Source: Malacoraja senta (lineage: Eukaryota). Taken from it: 64,000 nucleotides of DNA. The notes under the pieces were generated by a model. It was not told the DNA's origin and ran no database searches. It saw only the letters and a program-made list of their open reading frames with translations. A program made the translations under genes and the position numbers. Positions 52,501-64,000 of this stretch are shown here, in pieces. Position 1 is the stretch's first letter. Each line of letters opens with the position of its first letter. The DNA lies in NCBI GenBank assembly GCA_038087875.1, contig CM075989.1:15936001-16000000 (forward strand). Reading direction: 5' to 3'.

Positions 52501-53654
52501 GCTAAACCAGAATGAGAACTGTGAGGAAGGGCAGGGTCGAGCCAAAATTGACAAGGAAATCTGTAAAAGCAGAACCTGTTTATTACAAAGGAACAGGATT
52601 TGTGTAAAAAGTGTTGGAGGAACTCAGCGAGTCAGGCAGCATCTGCGGAAGGAAGTCACACAGTTGCACATCACAGACATAAGATACCAACTCTGTCAAA
52701 TGTGTGTGATGCAGCTTACTATAAATTGAGCACAACATTTATTAACACCTAGTCTTCCATGATTCAAAGTCTAAGCTGTAGTTGTCTCTCAAGAAAAAAA
52801 TGGACAGAATTCATCAGTGCCCTCAGCACTACTTTTGCTGGAATGACTGCAGCAAAAATCACATTTTGGGAATTTAGAATATATTGTCCACACACCCTTT
52901 GCATAAATAATAAAGCAAACGGCTGAAGGGAGTTAACCTGGCATGCATCTCGAAAGATAAGGAATTGGAAGCATTTTGGACTAAAATTAGTAAGGACGAT
53001 TGCACAACAAAGATGATATTACAAAGGAAGAAATGTGGGTGAAACAATGTGACTTTAAAAAGCCATCACCGAACTACATGGCAGCTTCTATAAAGTTACA
53101 GGTGTGGGTTTTCCAAAAGGTAGCAAATCAGACCAGTTAGCTTGGCATCCGTAGTAGGGAAACACTGAAATCTGCTCCGAAAATAATGATCGGTCAGACA
53201 CAACATGGATTTATGAGAGGGAAATTAGTTAGGCAAATCTGATCGAGTTTTAATGATTTTGTAATTATCTAAAGAGATAAGGAAGAACCAAGAGATACGA
53301 TGTCCTTGGCTTGCTGAGGTGCTTAAGCTGTAAAGCAAAATCAGAATGTACAGGGTTGGGGGTGTAATTACTGTTCACAACTTATCTAAAAGATTCTTCT
53401 TCCAATGATTAAATTAAGTTCACGAATAGTTTTTTCCTTTGCCAACTTGGTTTATAATCTGTCCCTTTTTAGGGCATTGACTTTGTTTTCTCCTGTGACC
53501 ACTTTCATCGCTGCAGCACTCTGAGATCCCCCTTTCCTGCTCTCTTATCTGTCTTTGATTTTCACGATGCCTTCATTGGTGGCTGAATTATTGCTTGCTG
53601 AGATCTAAGGCTTTGGACATTAACCTTTCACCAGCTTCTCCAGTTTCCCCAGTT

Positions 53655-54230
53655 TGAGAGTCAAGTCAAGAGTGAAAACTGCTTCATTGTCATATATACT
53701 GATAACGAAATAATGAATTTCTTATTTGCAGCAGCACAACAGGCCTGTAAACAAAATATTGCATGCTAGCATATAATAATGCTTTAAAAATTAAATAAAT
53801 TAATAGCCCCAATACTACTGCAAAAAAGCCCAAAATCCTTAGTCCAAAGGCCTTAGATCTGAAGAAGAGTTCCGACCCGAAACATCACCTATTCTTTCTC
53901 TCCAGAGGTACAGCCTGGCCCCGCTGAATTACTCCAGCATTTTGTGTCTATCTCCTAAGTTCAAAGTTTAGTTAGTGTTGTGCAGTGTTGTTGTTGTTGG
54001 GAAGAAGCCATTCTTAAAGCAGTTTGCAGACCCCTACACCTTCTTCCCAATGGTAGGAGTGAAATGAGAGCTTGGCCAGGATGGTGTGGGTCCCTGATGA
54101 TGCTGGCTACCTCGTTCAGGGAGCGCCTCCTGTAGATCCGTTCGATGGTAGAGAGATCAGTATTCATGATGGACCAGGTTGTGATCGCCACTTTCTCATT
54201 CTTCCATTCCCGGGGGTTCAAGCTGTCAAA
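53655..54230 (-). mobile_element. Rex1/Babar-like LINE 3' fragment, interrupted by a pLTR
   Basis: IYRRRSLNEVASIIRDPHHPGQALISLLPLGRR resembles the Rex1 ORF C-terminus. 3'UTR similar to 330-430. pLTR at about 53857-53953. Confidence 0.65.
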
Positions 54231-55698
54231 ACCAGTTCCTTCTCCTTCCTTAAGCCCTTGGGAAGATCTACCTTTTAAAATTGTTCCATTCCTTGCACCC
54301 AAATCTTAGTCAGACTTATCTCATGGTTGTGGAATCAAGGTTTGATTACTGGGTGATCATAGCAATATTGTCAAAGCAGTTTTTGGATGATATGATGAAC
54401 AACCTCTCACACGCAATCAACCCAAATAGTTTCCCCTCAATCTAGGTCATATTGATGTTTCTGGAAACTTGCAGCGTGCAAATTGGTGCTGTTTTTCCCA
54501 CATTACAAGTATAATTACACTTCAAACTTCTCACAGGAGTTGCAAAGCACTTTGAAACGATCTGAAAGGACATGATACATTAAAAAAATTTATTGGCTAT
54601 GCCACAATATCAGTTTCTGTTTCGGATTGACTAACAGCGGGCAAAATCTCCCGAGTCTTGAGTGCTGGGGAATATGCCAGGTCGGAAGTAATTCAGTTGT
54701 CACAGCAGAGCCAAGCAGGAGAGGCCGGGATCACATCAGTGACTGCCAGAGAGAGAGGGAATACGTGAAAAGATTAAAGTGGAAACTTAAAGAGAATAAA
54801 GAAAATAATTAATGGGTGTGGAGAGAAGAGATGGGTGGCCAAAAGAGAAAATATATTTCTCTCCTTGTAATTAATACCCCAGGAGGGCTGCTTCAGGCTT
54901 GTATGAACCTCTCTGAAAAGCCAGTAATGGATTCCATTGAATCTGAAGCACTAAATGATTTTGTTTCTATGGTTAAAATTCAGTCCTGGATTCCTTCAGA
55001 CAACAGCATGCTGTTTAATTGCAGTATGACTACATTCAGTTCAACACCCCAACTCTCGTCTCTTTCAATAAGCAGCTTTCGCCATCATTCAGGTGCAGAC
55101 ATTATTGGGGCTGTCAGCGCGGGGAACAGATGAGCAGAACCCAGTCGGAGGAGAGTCACTATCCTTGTTCCCACGATTCAAACCATTTCAGTTAAGCATT
55201 TACCACCGCGCCACAGTCCCGTGGGTTCATTAACTTGACTTGCCAGAGATGCCGTATTCATCTTGTGTACCAGGCACTGTTTTCCAATCAAGACACTCAG
55301 TACAATTTATAACCTGTGTGTTGCTACATCAGAAACAGGCATCGTGAACAATGAGCTGGATCCTCAGTGTTATGTGAAATGGCCCACATTGTTTTAATTC
55401 CATCAATTATTATTTGTTGTTGTTTCTTGAAGCCTTTGTTACTTCTTGCTTACAATTAAAATAAGTTAGATGGATCTAGTTAAATAAGTTAAAAGAGCGT
55501 TATTTAACACGGCCATTTAAAATCATTTACAACTTAAATGTTTTACTATGAGGTCAGATCCTCTGACATTTAGTGTGGGTCCATGACAATATGTGGAAAT
55601 ATTGGCATTATATTCCTTGGTAAAAAATTAAAGTACACTGTTCTCTCGCTGGAGTAACTCTGCGGGTCAGGCAGCATCTTTTTATTTTGAAGAAGGGT

Positions 55699-55726
55699 CT
55701 GAAGAAGGGTCTTGACCCGAAACGTC
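55699..55726 (+). ncRNA. Minimal hammerhead ribozyme motif (Penelope-like pLTR)
   Basis: CTGAAGAA-GGGTC(TT)GACCC-GAAACGTC, preceded by GGGT that can pair with downstream ATCT (two G-U wobbles). Confidence 0.68.
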
Positions 55727-55854
55727 ATCTATTCCTTTTCTCCAGAGATGCTGTCTGACCCGCTGAGTTACCCCAGCTTTTTTTGTCTATCTTCGGTTTA
55801 AACCAGCATCTGCAATTCCTTCCCACACATCTTGCTATCCATGTTCTCCAGAGC

Positions 55855-56330
55855 TGAGGTACTGCAGTGTTCTTTCTCCAGAATGTTGCCTGGGATGGAG
55901 CAGTTCAGCTGTGAGGAGAGGCTGGACAAGCTGGGTCTGTTCTCCCTGGAGCGGAGGATGTTAAGATGGGACATGATTGAGATATATACAGTTATGATGG
56001 GTTTAGATAAGATATACCACAAGAAATGTTTCCCATTAACAGAGGTAGATAAAACAAGAGGACGTAGATGTAGCAGATATTAGGTCAAGAGATTCAGAAG
56101 GGATTTGAGGGGGGATTTCCGCATCCAGAGAGTGGTGAGTACCTGGAATGCACTGCCTGAAACTGGTTGGAGTTGGGTCACTGGCAGCATTTATGAAGTG
56201 TTAAGACAAGCACTCAAATCACTGATGCACATAGGGATATGGAGCAAGTGCTGGGAGCAGGGGTTACTATGGAATGTGCCCTGTGGTTAATGTGGATGAG
56301 TTGGGCGGAATGGCCTGTTTCTCTGCTGTA
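55855..56330 (+). mobile_element. CR1-clade LINE 3' fragment (old)
   Basis: RMLPGMEQFSCEERLDKLGLFSLERR and QRVVSTWNALP. Confidence 0.8.
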
Positions 56331-56571
56331 CGGAGTTTGGTTACCGCATGGGTTTTCTCAGATGGTCCGGTTTCCTCCCACATTCCAAAGGTGTGGATGT
56401 TTGTAGGTTAAATGGCTTCTGTAAATTGTCTCTAGTGCTTAGGGGGTGAATGAGAAAGTAGGATAATATAAAACTAGTGTGAATGAATGATTGTTGGTAG
56501 GCATGGACTCGGTGGGTCGAAGGGTCTGCTTTCCATGCTGTGTCTCTAAACCATACTAAACAAAACTAAGC

Positions 56572-58172
56572 TGGGCGGCACGGTGCATTAGAGTTGCTGC
56601 CTTAGAGCGCCAGAGAGACCCGGGTTCGATCCTGAGTACGGGTGCTGTCTGTACGGAGTTTGTACGTCCTTCCCGTGACCTGAATGGGTTTTCTCCGGTT
56701 TCCTCCCAAAATCCAAAGGGGCGAGAGAGAAAACGGGGAATTATAGGCCAGTTAGCCTGACATGGGCGGTGGGGAAGATGCTGGAGTCAATTATTAAAGA
56801 AGTAATAACGGCGCATTTGGATAGCAGTAAAAGGATTGGTCCAAGTCAGTATGGATTTATGAAGGGGAAATCCTGCTTGACCAATCTTCTGGAATTTTTT
56901 GAAGATGTGACAAGTAAAATGGATGAAGAAGAGCCAGTGGAGGTAGTGTATCTGGACTTTCAGAAAGCCTTAGATAAGTTCCCACACAGGAGATTAGTGG
57001 GCAAAATTAGAGCACATGGTATTGGGGGTAGGGTATTGACATGGATAGAGAATTGGTTGGCAGACAGGAAGCAAAAAGTAGGAATAAACGGGTCCCTGTC
57101 AGTGGTGAGTGGAGTGCTGCAAGGCTCGGTGCTGGGGCCACAACTATTTACAATATATATTAATGATTTAGATGATGGAATTAAAAGTAACACCAGCAAA
57201 TTTGCAGATGACACAAAGCTGAGTGGTAGTGTGAACTGCGAAGAGGATGCTAGGAGGTTGCAGGGTGACTTGAACAGGTTGAGTGAGTGGGCAGATGCAT
57301 GGCAGATGCAGTATAATGTAGATAAATGTGAGGTTTGGTGGCAAGAACAAGGAGGCAGATTATTATCTCAATGGTATCAGATTAGGAAAAAGGGAAATGC
57401 AACGAGACCTGGGTGTCCTTGTACACCAGTCACTGAAAGTAAACTGCAGCTACAGCAGGCAGTGAAGAAAGCTAGTGGCATGTTGGCCTTCATAACGAGA
57501 GGATTTGAGTATAGGAGTAAAGAGGTCCTTCTGCAGTTGTGCAGGGCCCTAGTGAGACTACATGTGGAGTATTGTGTGCCGTTTTGGTCTTCTAATTTGA
57601 GGGAGAACATCCTTGCTATTGAGGCAGTTCAGCGTAGGTTCACGAAGTTAATCCCCGGGATGGCGGGACTGTCATATGAGTAAAGATTGGAAAGACTGGG
57701 CTTGTATTCAGTGGAATTTAGAAGGATGAGAGGGAATCTTATAGAAACATATACAATTATAAAAGGACTAGGCAAGCTAGTTGCAGGAAAAAATGTTCCC
57801 AATGAGTCCAGAACCAGGGGCCACAGTCTAAGAATAAAGGGGCCATTTAAAACTGAGATGAGAAAAAACATTTTCACCCAGAGAGTTATGGATTTGTGGA
57901 ATTCTTTGCCACAGAAGGCAGTAGAGGCCAATTCACTGGATGAATTTAAAAGAGAGTTAGATAGAGCTCTTAGGGCAAGCGGAATCAAGGGATATGGGGA
58001 GAAGGCAGGAACGGGGTAATGATAGTGGATGTTCAGCTCCTGCACCTATTTTCTATGTTTCTATGAACAGGTTTGTAGGTTAAATGGCTTCGGTAAAATT
58101 GTAAATTGTCCCTAGCATGTAGGATAGTGCTAGTGTCCAGGGATCGCCGGTCTAAACTAAACTAAACTGAAC
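56572..58172 (+). mobile_element. V-SINE split by the CR1 insertion (56572-56718 plus 58066-58172)
   Basis: Head with GGTTCGATCC; tail resumes as CAGGTTTGTAGGTTAA and ends in CTAAACTAAAC. Confidence 0.8.
56719..58065 (+). mobile_element. CR1-clade LINE, 5'-truncated, inserted into a V-SINE
   Basis: NYRPVSLT, GFMKGKSCLTNL and KFADDTK; SINE head at 56572-56718 and SINE tail at 58066-58172 flank it. Confidence 0.93.
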
Positions 58173-58273
58173 ATGGCTAATTCATTAAGTGCAATAATGA
58201 TCGCAGGAAAATGTGCAGAGAATATTTCATTTTTTTCTCTCGCAATCTGACAGAATGTTTCTAACTCTTTCAG

Positions 58274-58411
58274 GGGCACACCTGAATCCCGCAATTTCGC
58301 TGTCAATGTGTGTACTGGGGCGGCTTCAGTGGTTGAAACTTCCCATCTACTGCACTGCTCAGCTCATAGGAGCTTTTTTTGGTTCCGCAGCAGTTTTTGG
58401 CCTTTATTATG
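58274..58411 (+). CDS. aqp9: Aquaglyceroporin (AQP9-like) coding exon 3, containing the first NPA
   Basis: CTAAC branch-like motif and TCTTTCAG acceptor. 138 nt encoding (G)[51 protein letters not shown] donor. Phase matches exon 2. Confidence 0.95.
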
Positions 58412-58484
58412 GTAAGGCTGTTGTTTTTATATTTGCATTGAAGTAATGAAAACTGCTGCTACTAAATGTTTGTATACTTTATAG

Positions 58485-58603
58485 ATGCCTTCATGAGTTT
58501 TGATGGTGGGAACTTGACAATAACCGGTCAAAATGCAACTGCACACATCTTCTCCTCTTATCCTGCGCCACATCTTTCCTTTACAAATGGATTTGCAGAC
58601 CAG
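58485..58603 (+). CDS. aqp9: Aquaglyceroporin (AQP9-like) coding exon 4
   Basis: TTTATAG acceptor. 119 nt encoding (D)AFMSFDGGNLTITGQNATAHIFSSYPAPHLSFTNGFADQ; the NATAHIF..YPAP.LS..N.FADQ pattern is AQP9-like. GTAAAC donor. Confidence 0.93.
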
Positions 58604-59039
58604 GTAAACATAAATGCTTCCAAACTCATTTTACAGCATGATTTTTCTCAACTGGTTTTGATATGTTGTGCCTGGAACACATTTAAATTATTGGCAACAA
58701 ATCTGTTAAACCTCCTGAAATTGTTGTGGGATTTCATTTTTTTCCTTGCGGATAATGGTTTGCTCAGTCTTCCTGCACTCTTGTGATCAGTCTTCAGAAG
58801 TTGCAGGATAGCACCCTCGGTGAATGCACTCTTCTCCAGGGAAACACTTCACCTTCATTGCCTTCTCTACAATGGCGAAGAGGTGTGGAATTACTGCTGA
58901 TTTGTGACTCAGTTCATTGAGACACCATCGCAGTGCACCCGCCTGTAATCTTTCCACTTGTTCAATATTCTGCATTACAGATCTTCACCCTATCATTAAA
59001 AAAAGCCCAGGCTTTTGTTGCCATTTTGGTTTGAAATTA

Positions 59040-59530
59040 ATCATCAAGTGTAGACTCGGCGACTGTTTCGCTGAACCCTTGTGCTCGGTCCACCAGGGCC
59101 TGCTACATCTCCTGTTTTAACTCCCCATCCCATTCCCACACTGACCTCTCTGTCCTAGGTCTCCTCCATTGCCAGAGTAAGGCCACACGCAAACTGGAAG
59201 AACAGTACTTCATCTGCTGCTTGGCTAGCTTACAACCTTGAATTCTTTCATTTTAGGTGACGAACCTACAAACACCCCCCTTTCTTTTATTTTTTCATCT
59301 TCTCCCCTATTCCCTGTGCCATACCTGGACATGTCCATTTTCCCCCCTGCCCCTCTCCTTCCACCTATATTAATTCTTCTGGCTGTAAATTCACACCTCA
59401 TGTATCCTTATCTCACACTTTTTGTCTTTTCATAATGTACGGCCTTTATCCATCCGTCTGCCTATCCAAAATCCCCCTCACCTGTATCCACCTATCACTC
59501 ACCAAGCTATGTCCTGCCCCTCCTCTACTC
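59040..59530 (+). mobile_element. Penelope-like element 3' fragment
   Basis: RLGDCFAE..SV.QG..FNSPSHSHTDLSVLGLLHCQS.ATRKLEEQ remnant plus pyrimidine-rich 3' region. Confidence 0.72.
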
Positions 59531-60429
59531 GATCTCTGGGTTGAATCCAACTCAGGGACTTGACACACTTCAACATGGACTGAAGAGCCAGAGTCATATC
59601 GGATGTCCTTTAAACTATCCATCAATTGAATTTAAAAAAAGACGAGTTTGTAATCTGTTCCACGCTGGTTCCTGCCTGACAGTGAAGATAAAAAATTGCC
59701 CCATAATTATAAAGGTCTATCTGCCTGTTAAATAGAGTAAGAAAAATGATAACCTTGGCACCATTTGCAAGGTACCAAAAGATTCTCCCAAAAGGCTGAC
59801 CAATGCTAATGTACATACAATGGATTAACTCATCATTTCTCTTGTGAGATCCCCATAAATATAAATTAGCTGTCATATTTCCCACTCAGCAGTGACTCAA
59901 CTCGAGTGCAACTCGTTATGAAATACTTTAGCACGGTCAGGACTGAGACTCTGATATCTTCATCAGTGACAATGAACTATAAAGGTTAACGCTCCTGGCT
60001 GATTGAAAATTCCACTTGTGTAAAGGAACAGTTATCGAACAAGGAACCGTGCCAAGGAACAATGCATGGCAATTTTACTTAGAAAACATTAGTCTTTTAG
60101 TTGAGAAACCCTTGCATGAAAGAAAGATAAAATTAAAATTAAATAATTATATTAGTAGATTGTCACATGGTGTGCATGGAGAAATGCTTGGACTGGTAGG
60201 TGGATAGGAACGATTTAGAGGAGCCAAATGAGAGCAAATGGGATTTGTTCAAATGGGGCATCTTGGGCAACAAAGAAAAAGGAGCAGGCTATGGAAGTAC
60301 ATTAGTTCTTCCCTCAACAATTCATCCTGATATAAATGGCAACTCACATGGACTTGGAAGATCAGATGTTCCCTTATCTGTACTTCAAGATGGAAAGGAT
60401 TGAATCTCTACATGGAAAGGACTCAAAGT

Positions 60430-60920
60430 GATGGAGTAACTCAGCAAGTCAGGAAGCATCTCTGGAGGACATGGATAGTTGGATCATTGGAGAACCTGTC
60501 CATCTTCTCCAGAGATGCGGCGTGACCTGCAGAAAGGGAAACAAGAGATACAGACGGTGATGTAGGGAGATATAGAACAAAGAAAGGCACAGAGGGGGAG
60601 CAGCAGGACTCTCGTCGTGGAGACGAGGAGAACTTCTTCAAACTAGACATACCTTGAGGAGATTACGCAGTGGAGCAAACAAAATGTGCAGGCAGGAACT
60701 GCAGATGCTGGTTTAAACCAAAGATAGACACAAAAAATGTTTGTGCATTCTGTGCATTGATTTATTTTATATCTCTCTATATCACCATCTATCTCTCGTT
60801 TCCCTTTCCACTGACTCTCAGTCTGAAGAAGGGTCTCGACCCGAAACGTCACCCATTCCTTCTCTCCAGAGATGCTGCCTGTCCAGCTGAGTTACTCCAG
60901 CATTTTGAGTCTATCTTCTG
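60430..60920. mobile_element. Composite, rearranged Penelope-like pLTR cluster
   Basis: Several direct and inverted pLTR pieces; intact hammerhead core at 60823-60850. Confidence 0.7.
60823..60850 (+). ncRNA. Minimal type I hammerhead ribozyme motif (Penelope-like pLTR)
   Basis: CTGAAGA-A-GGGTC(TC)GACCC-GAAA-CGTC. Stem III is the palindrome ACGT; predicted cleavage after C60850. Stem I is short. Confidence 0.7.
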
Positions 60921-61643
60921 ATTTGTTTCTTAATTGGTATAAAACAGTGTAAAGTTCTCTTGAATCAAATACTCGGTTTTATTATTTCATTATCATTTTG
61001 AATTGTAATTAGAGCGTTTTCATTCACAGTCTATAAAATTTCTAGATGCATCACAATTCGGCACAGAGTAATTGAAGAAATGTTTGGAATCAACAGCCCC
61101 ATATGGTCTTACTTTTACTTAAGGTCCTGCTTTCACTTAGTAATGCGATATGTGGTTTGGATTATATCATTTCACAAATACTTGTGTGCCATATCTATAA
61201 ATTTTCACTGCAGTTTTCAATGACGCTTGTTTCTCTTTTCCTACATGCGGTCTCTTGGGTAGATTTTCTTCTGCTGGGCTAGAATGCAAAGCGATCGTTA
61301 GGACAGAAACACTTATCACAAAAATCAAACACAAGCTGCTCCCAATTTGAGAGGGTGGAACATTTGGCCAATTTTGCACAGAAGGTTCCACCCCATCATG
61401 CCTCTACATGGGTTCATTTAGTTCACCAGGGATCAGGCTGGGGACCGTTCCCATCAGCTTGGCTCGGACACAATTGTGGAGATGCATTCACCAACTGAAT
61501 TTCCCTATTGGGGAAACATGGGAGAGGGCACTTTCTCCTCATGTCTTGCACTGATGTTAGACCAAGAAATAAAATGCATTTTGCCAACCGTGGATAAGCA
61601 GATTTCAGGCTAAACGCATGAGTTGCCGTTGGTTGTCAGTACT

Positions 61644-61922
61644 TTAGTATAGTTTAGTTTAGAGATACAGCGCAGATACAGGCCCTTTGGCTCTCCGCAC
61701 CAACCAGCAATCCCCTTTTATTAACACTATCCTATACACACTAGGGACAATTTACAATTACTGTATACCAAGCCAATTAGCCTACAAACCTGTGTGTCTT
61801 TGGAGTGTGGAATGTAACCGGAGCTCCCCAGAGAATAAACCCACACAGGTCACGGAGAGAACGTACAAACTCCATGCGGACAAACACCCATAGCCAGGAT
61901 CGAACCGGGGTCTCTGGCTCTC
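61644..61922 (-). mobile_element. tRNA-derived V-SINE (HE1-like)
   Basis: Same family; head slightly truncated. Confidence 0.8.
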
Positions 61923-62459
61923 CTAGTGAGCCACGAAGCTTGCTTGTCCTCCTTAACTATTGTAACTGCTGCATCTTTCAGCATTCTATTCATTATACCT
62001 CTACCAAGCAGATGGAGGCAAGCAGCCAACTGCACCAGCTCAGAATTCTGTAAGCCTACATTGAAAACAGTGAAATTGAGCTGAATGGCCATCGGGGAGA
62101 GATGCCAGCAAGTTTACTGGGGATTTCATTCAGTCCTCATCAGAAGAAGTGGTATGGACCCTGGGTTTCTGCTGCCTTGCTTTAGCTCTGTAAACCTTTC
62201 CAGGATCTCATCACTGCTATTGCAGCTACTCCTGGTGTAGTCTTTGTATATGAGAGCCAAGTGCTGCCATTTCATACCTAGGAACTATCTACTGATGTGT
62301 GCTTCGCCCCTGTGAGGATCAGTGAAGGCTGGCTTATAGAGGATAACAATATCCTAAGAGCTTTTACAGATAGACACAGACTATCACACGCACATTGTCA
62401 CGCTCAACTCTACATGAGCAAGTGGAAGCATTTCCTGTTGAGCTCTCCCCTGGGAGCTC

Positions 62460-63222
62460 AAAAAACAACAAGCAAACTGTTGGAGGAACTCAGCGGGCCG
62501 GGCAGAATCAGTGGAGGAAAAGGAATAGACAACACTTCGGGTTGATACCCTGCTTCAGGAATGAGAGGTGAGGAGGGAAGCTAGCCAGTATATAGAAGGG
62601 GGAGGGGGGAAGAGACAGGGGCCAGTAGGTGATAGGTGGAACTAGAGGGGGTGAAGGGTGAAGGGGAAGATGGAACAAGTGGAGGGGGGGGGCAAGTGGA
62701 GTTGAGAGACAGAGGAAGGATGGTGATAGATGGAAGCAGACAGGGGGGAATAAATGGCAAATGGAACCTGGTGGGAGGGAGGGGAGGATGAGGGTGAAGA
62801 AAACTGCTGGAAGGTGATAGTCAGGAACAAAAAAGGCTGCAGTGCTGGAGTCTGAGAGGTAATGGGAAACATTAAGGAAGAGATGAAGGGCAGTTGAAAC
62901 CAGATGGGGAAGTGGGAGTGTGAAACGTGTGGGTAGTAAGTTGATGAAACTAGCAGGGGTAGGGTGACAAAATGGCTGATGGAGAGGGAGGAAGGGAAAG
63001 TAATTGACAGGGAACACAACTGGGAGGACCAAAGGTGGATTGGAAGGAGAGAGAGAGGGGGGGAACACAGGAGATACCTGGAATTGGGAAATTCAGTGTT
63101 CATGCTATTGGGGTGCAGACACCCCAGTTGGAATGCTGTGGTCATAGATGCTGCCTGACCCCCTGAGTTCCTCCAGCAGTTTGGGGTTTTTTTGCATCTA
63201 ATTCCAGCGGTATCTTGTGTCT
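62460..63222 (-). mobile_element. Penelope-like 3' fragment with purine tract and inverted pLTR
   Basis: pLTR at about 62470-62560 (-), long purine tract, LGCLHPNSMNTEFPNSR remnant (-), and an inverted pLTR at about 63145-63220. Confidence 0.65.
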
Positions 63223-64000
63223 CAAAAAAGAATCAATGTGCTCTCGGTCACAATGTAATCTTGACCCATATTCCTGCTGTCAAAGGAGACAAATTTGCCA
63301 GCTCTTCTGTAACATGGGGAGTACGAGCCCATTCTTTGAACACTATCTGTGGCTCCACAAAATGATCTGATACCATGAAAGGTGGATGCAATGGCTACAG
63401 TTACAGCTAGAGAGAGTCGTTCAGGTCGATAAGTGTGGCTACAAATCTTCATCTGACAGGTTGGCCTCTCAGATAGTTGAACTGCATTTTTATTATACGT
63501 GCCATCAGAATACGGTTCTGATTGGAACTGTCTGTACATTATACGTGAAGAGGTTAGAGTCAGCTCCAGATCCCCCTTCCTGCCCTGTGCTGTCATATTC
63601 TTCCTCTCTCTAATGGCTTTTCGAGGTATACCCATACATAGAGCTTTGCAGCCTCCCTGGGGAATTAGAGGACTCCTAAATACATATGGACTCCTTGCAA
63701 ACATCTGTTGTTGGCCGTGACATGTCCAGTCTCCTCTTCTCACCGAAACGTCACCTATCCATTTTCGCCAGTGATGCTGTCTGACCCGCTGAGTTACTCC
63801 AGTATTTTGTGTCTATAACCCAGCATCAGTAGTTCCTTGTTGTTACATTTCCACTGGTCTTCAATACATTGGGGTAGAAATACACCTCTGGACAACTTTG
63901 CTAAACTTGAGTTATATTTCCATTTTACGCCTCCTCCTCCTCCAATTTTCAACATATTTCTGTCCATTTAATGGTTGGCACATTGGCACAGCGATAGAGT

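Noticed and set aside
62508..63145. Long Pro/Ser/Leu-rich minus-strand ORFs
   Set aside because: Artefact of a low-complexity purine tract in a Penelope-like fragment.
444..63840. CRISPR-like array from the recurring pLTR repeat
   Set aside because: Copies are dispersed, in both orientations and irregularly spaced, in eukaryotic DNA with no cas genes.
58604..64000. aqp9 exons 5-6 (second NPA, NPARD)
   Set aside because: No matching sequence found by eye; presumably downstream of the window.

Overview
Vertebrate genomic DNA, most likely from a cartilaginous fish (skate or ray), judged from its V-SINE/HE1-like SINEs, CR1 LINEs and Penelope-like repeats. The only host gene I can support is an aquaglyceroporin, most similar to aqp9, on the + strand. 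Coding exons 1-4 lie at 23496-23600, 25771-25897, 58274-58411 and 58485-58603 and splice into 163 aa containing the first NPA motif; the remaining exons are not visible in the window. Most other recognisable sequence is transposon-derived. It includes a DIRS-type tyrosine-recombinase retrotransposon with perfectly preserved ITR/ICR termini but decayed ORFs, a TSD-flanked hAT DNA transposon with two nested insertions, a PIF/Harbinger-like MITE with nested TIRs, and a Helitron-like element carrying a compact TATA/Inr promoter. There are also many Penelope-like pLTR copies with minimal hammerhead ribozyme motifs, often as TSD-flanked fold-back units; one appears to have transduced about 230 bp of aqp9 intron 2 to a site 23 kb upstream. 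Repeat boundaries are approximate unless TIR or TSD coordinates are given.
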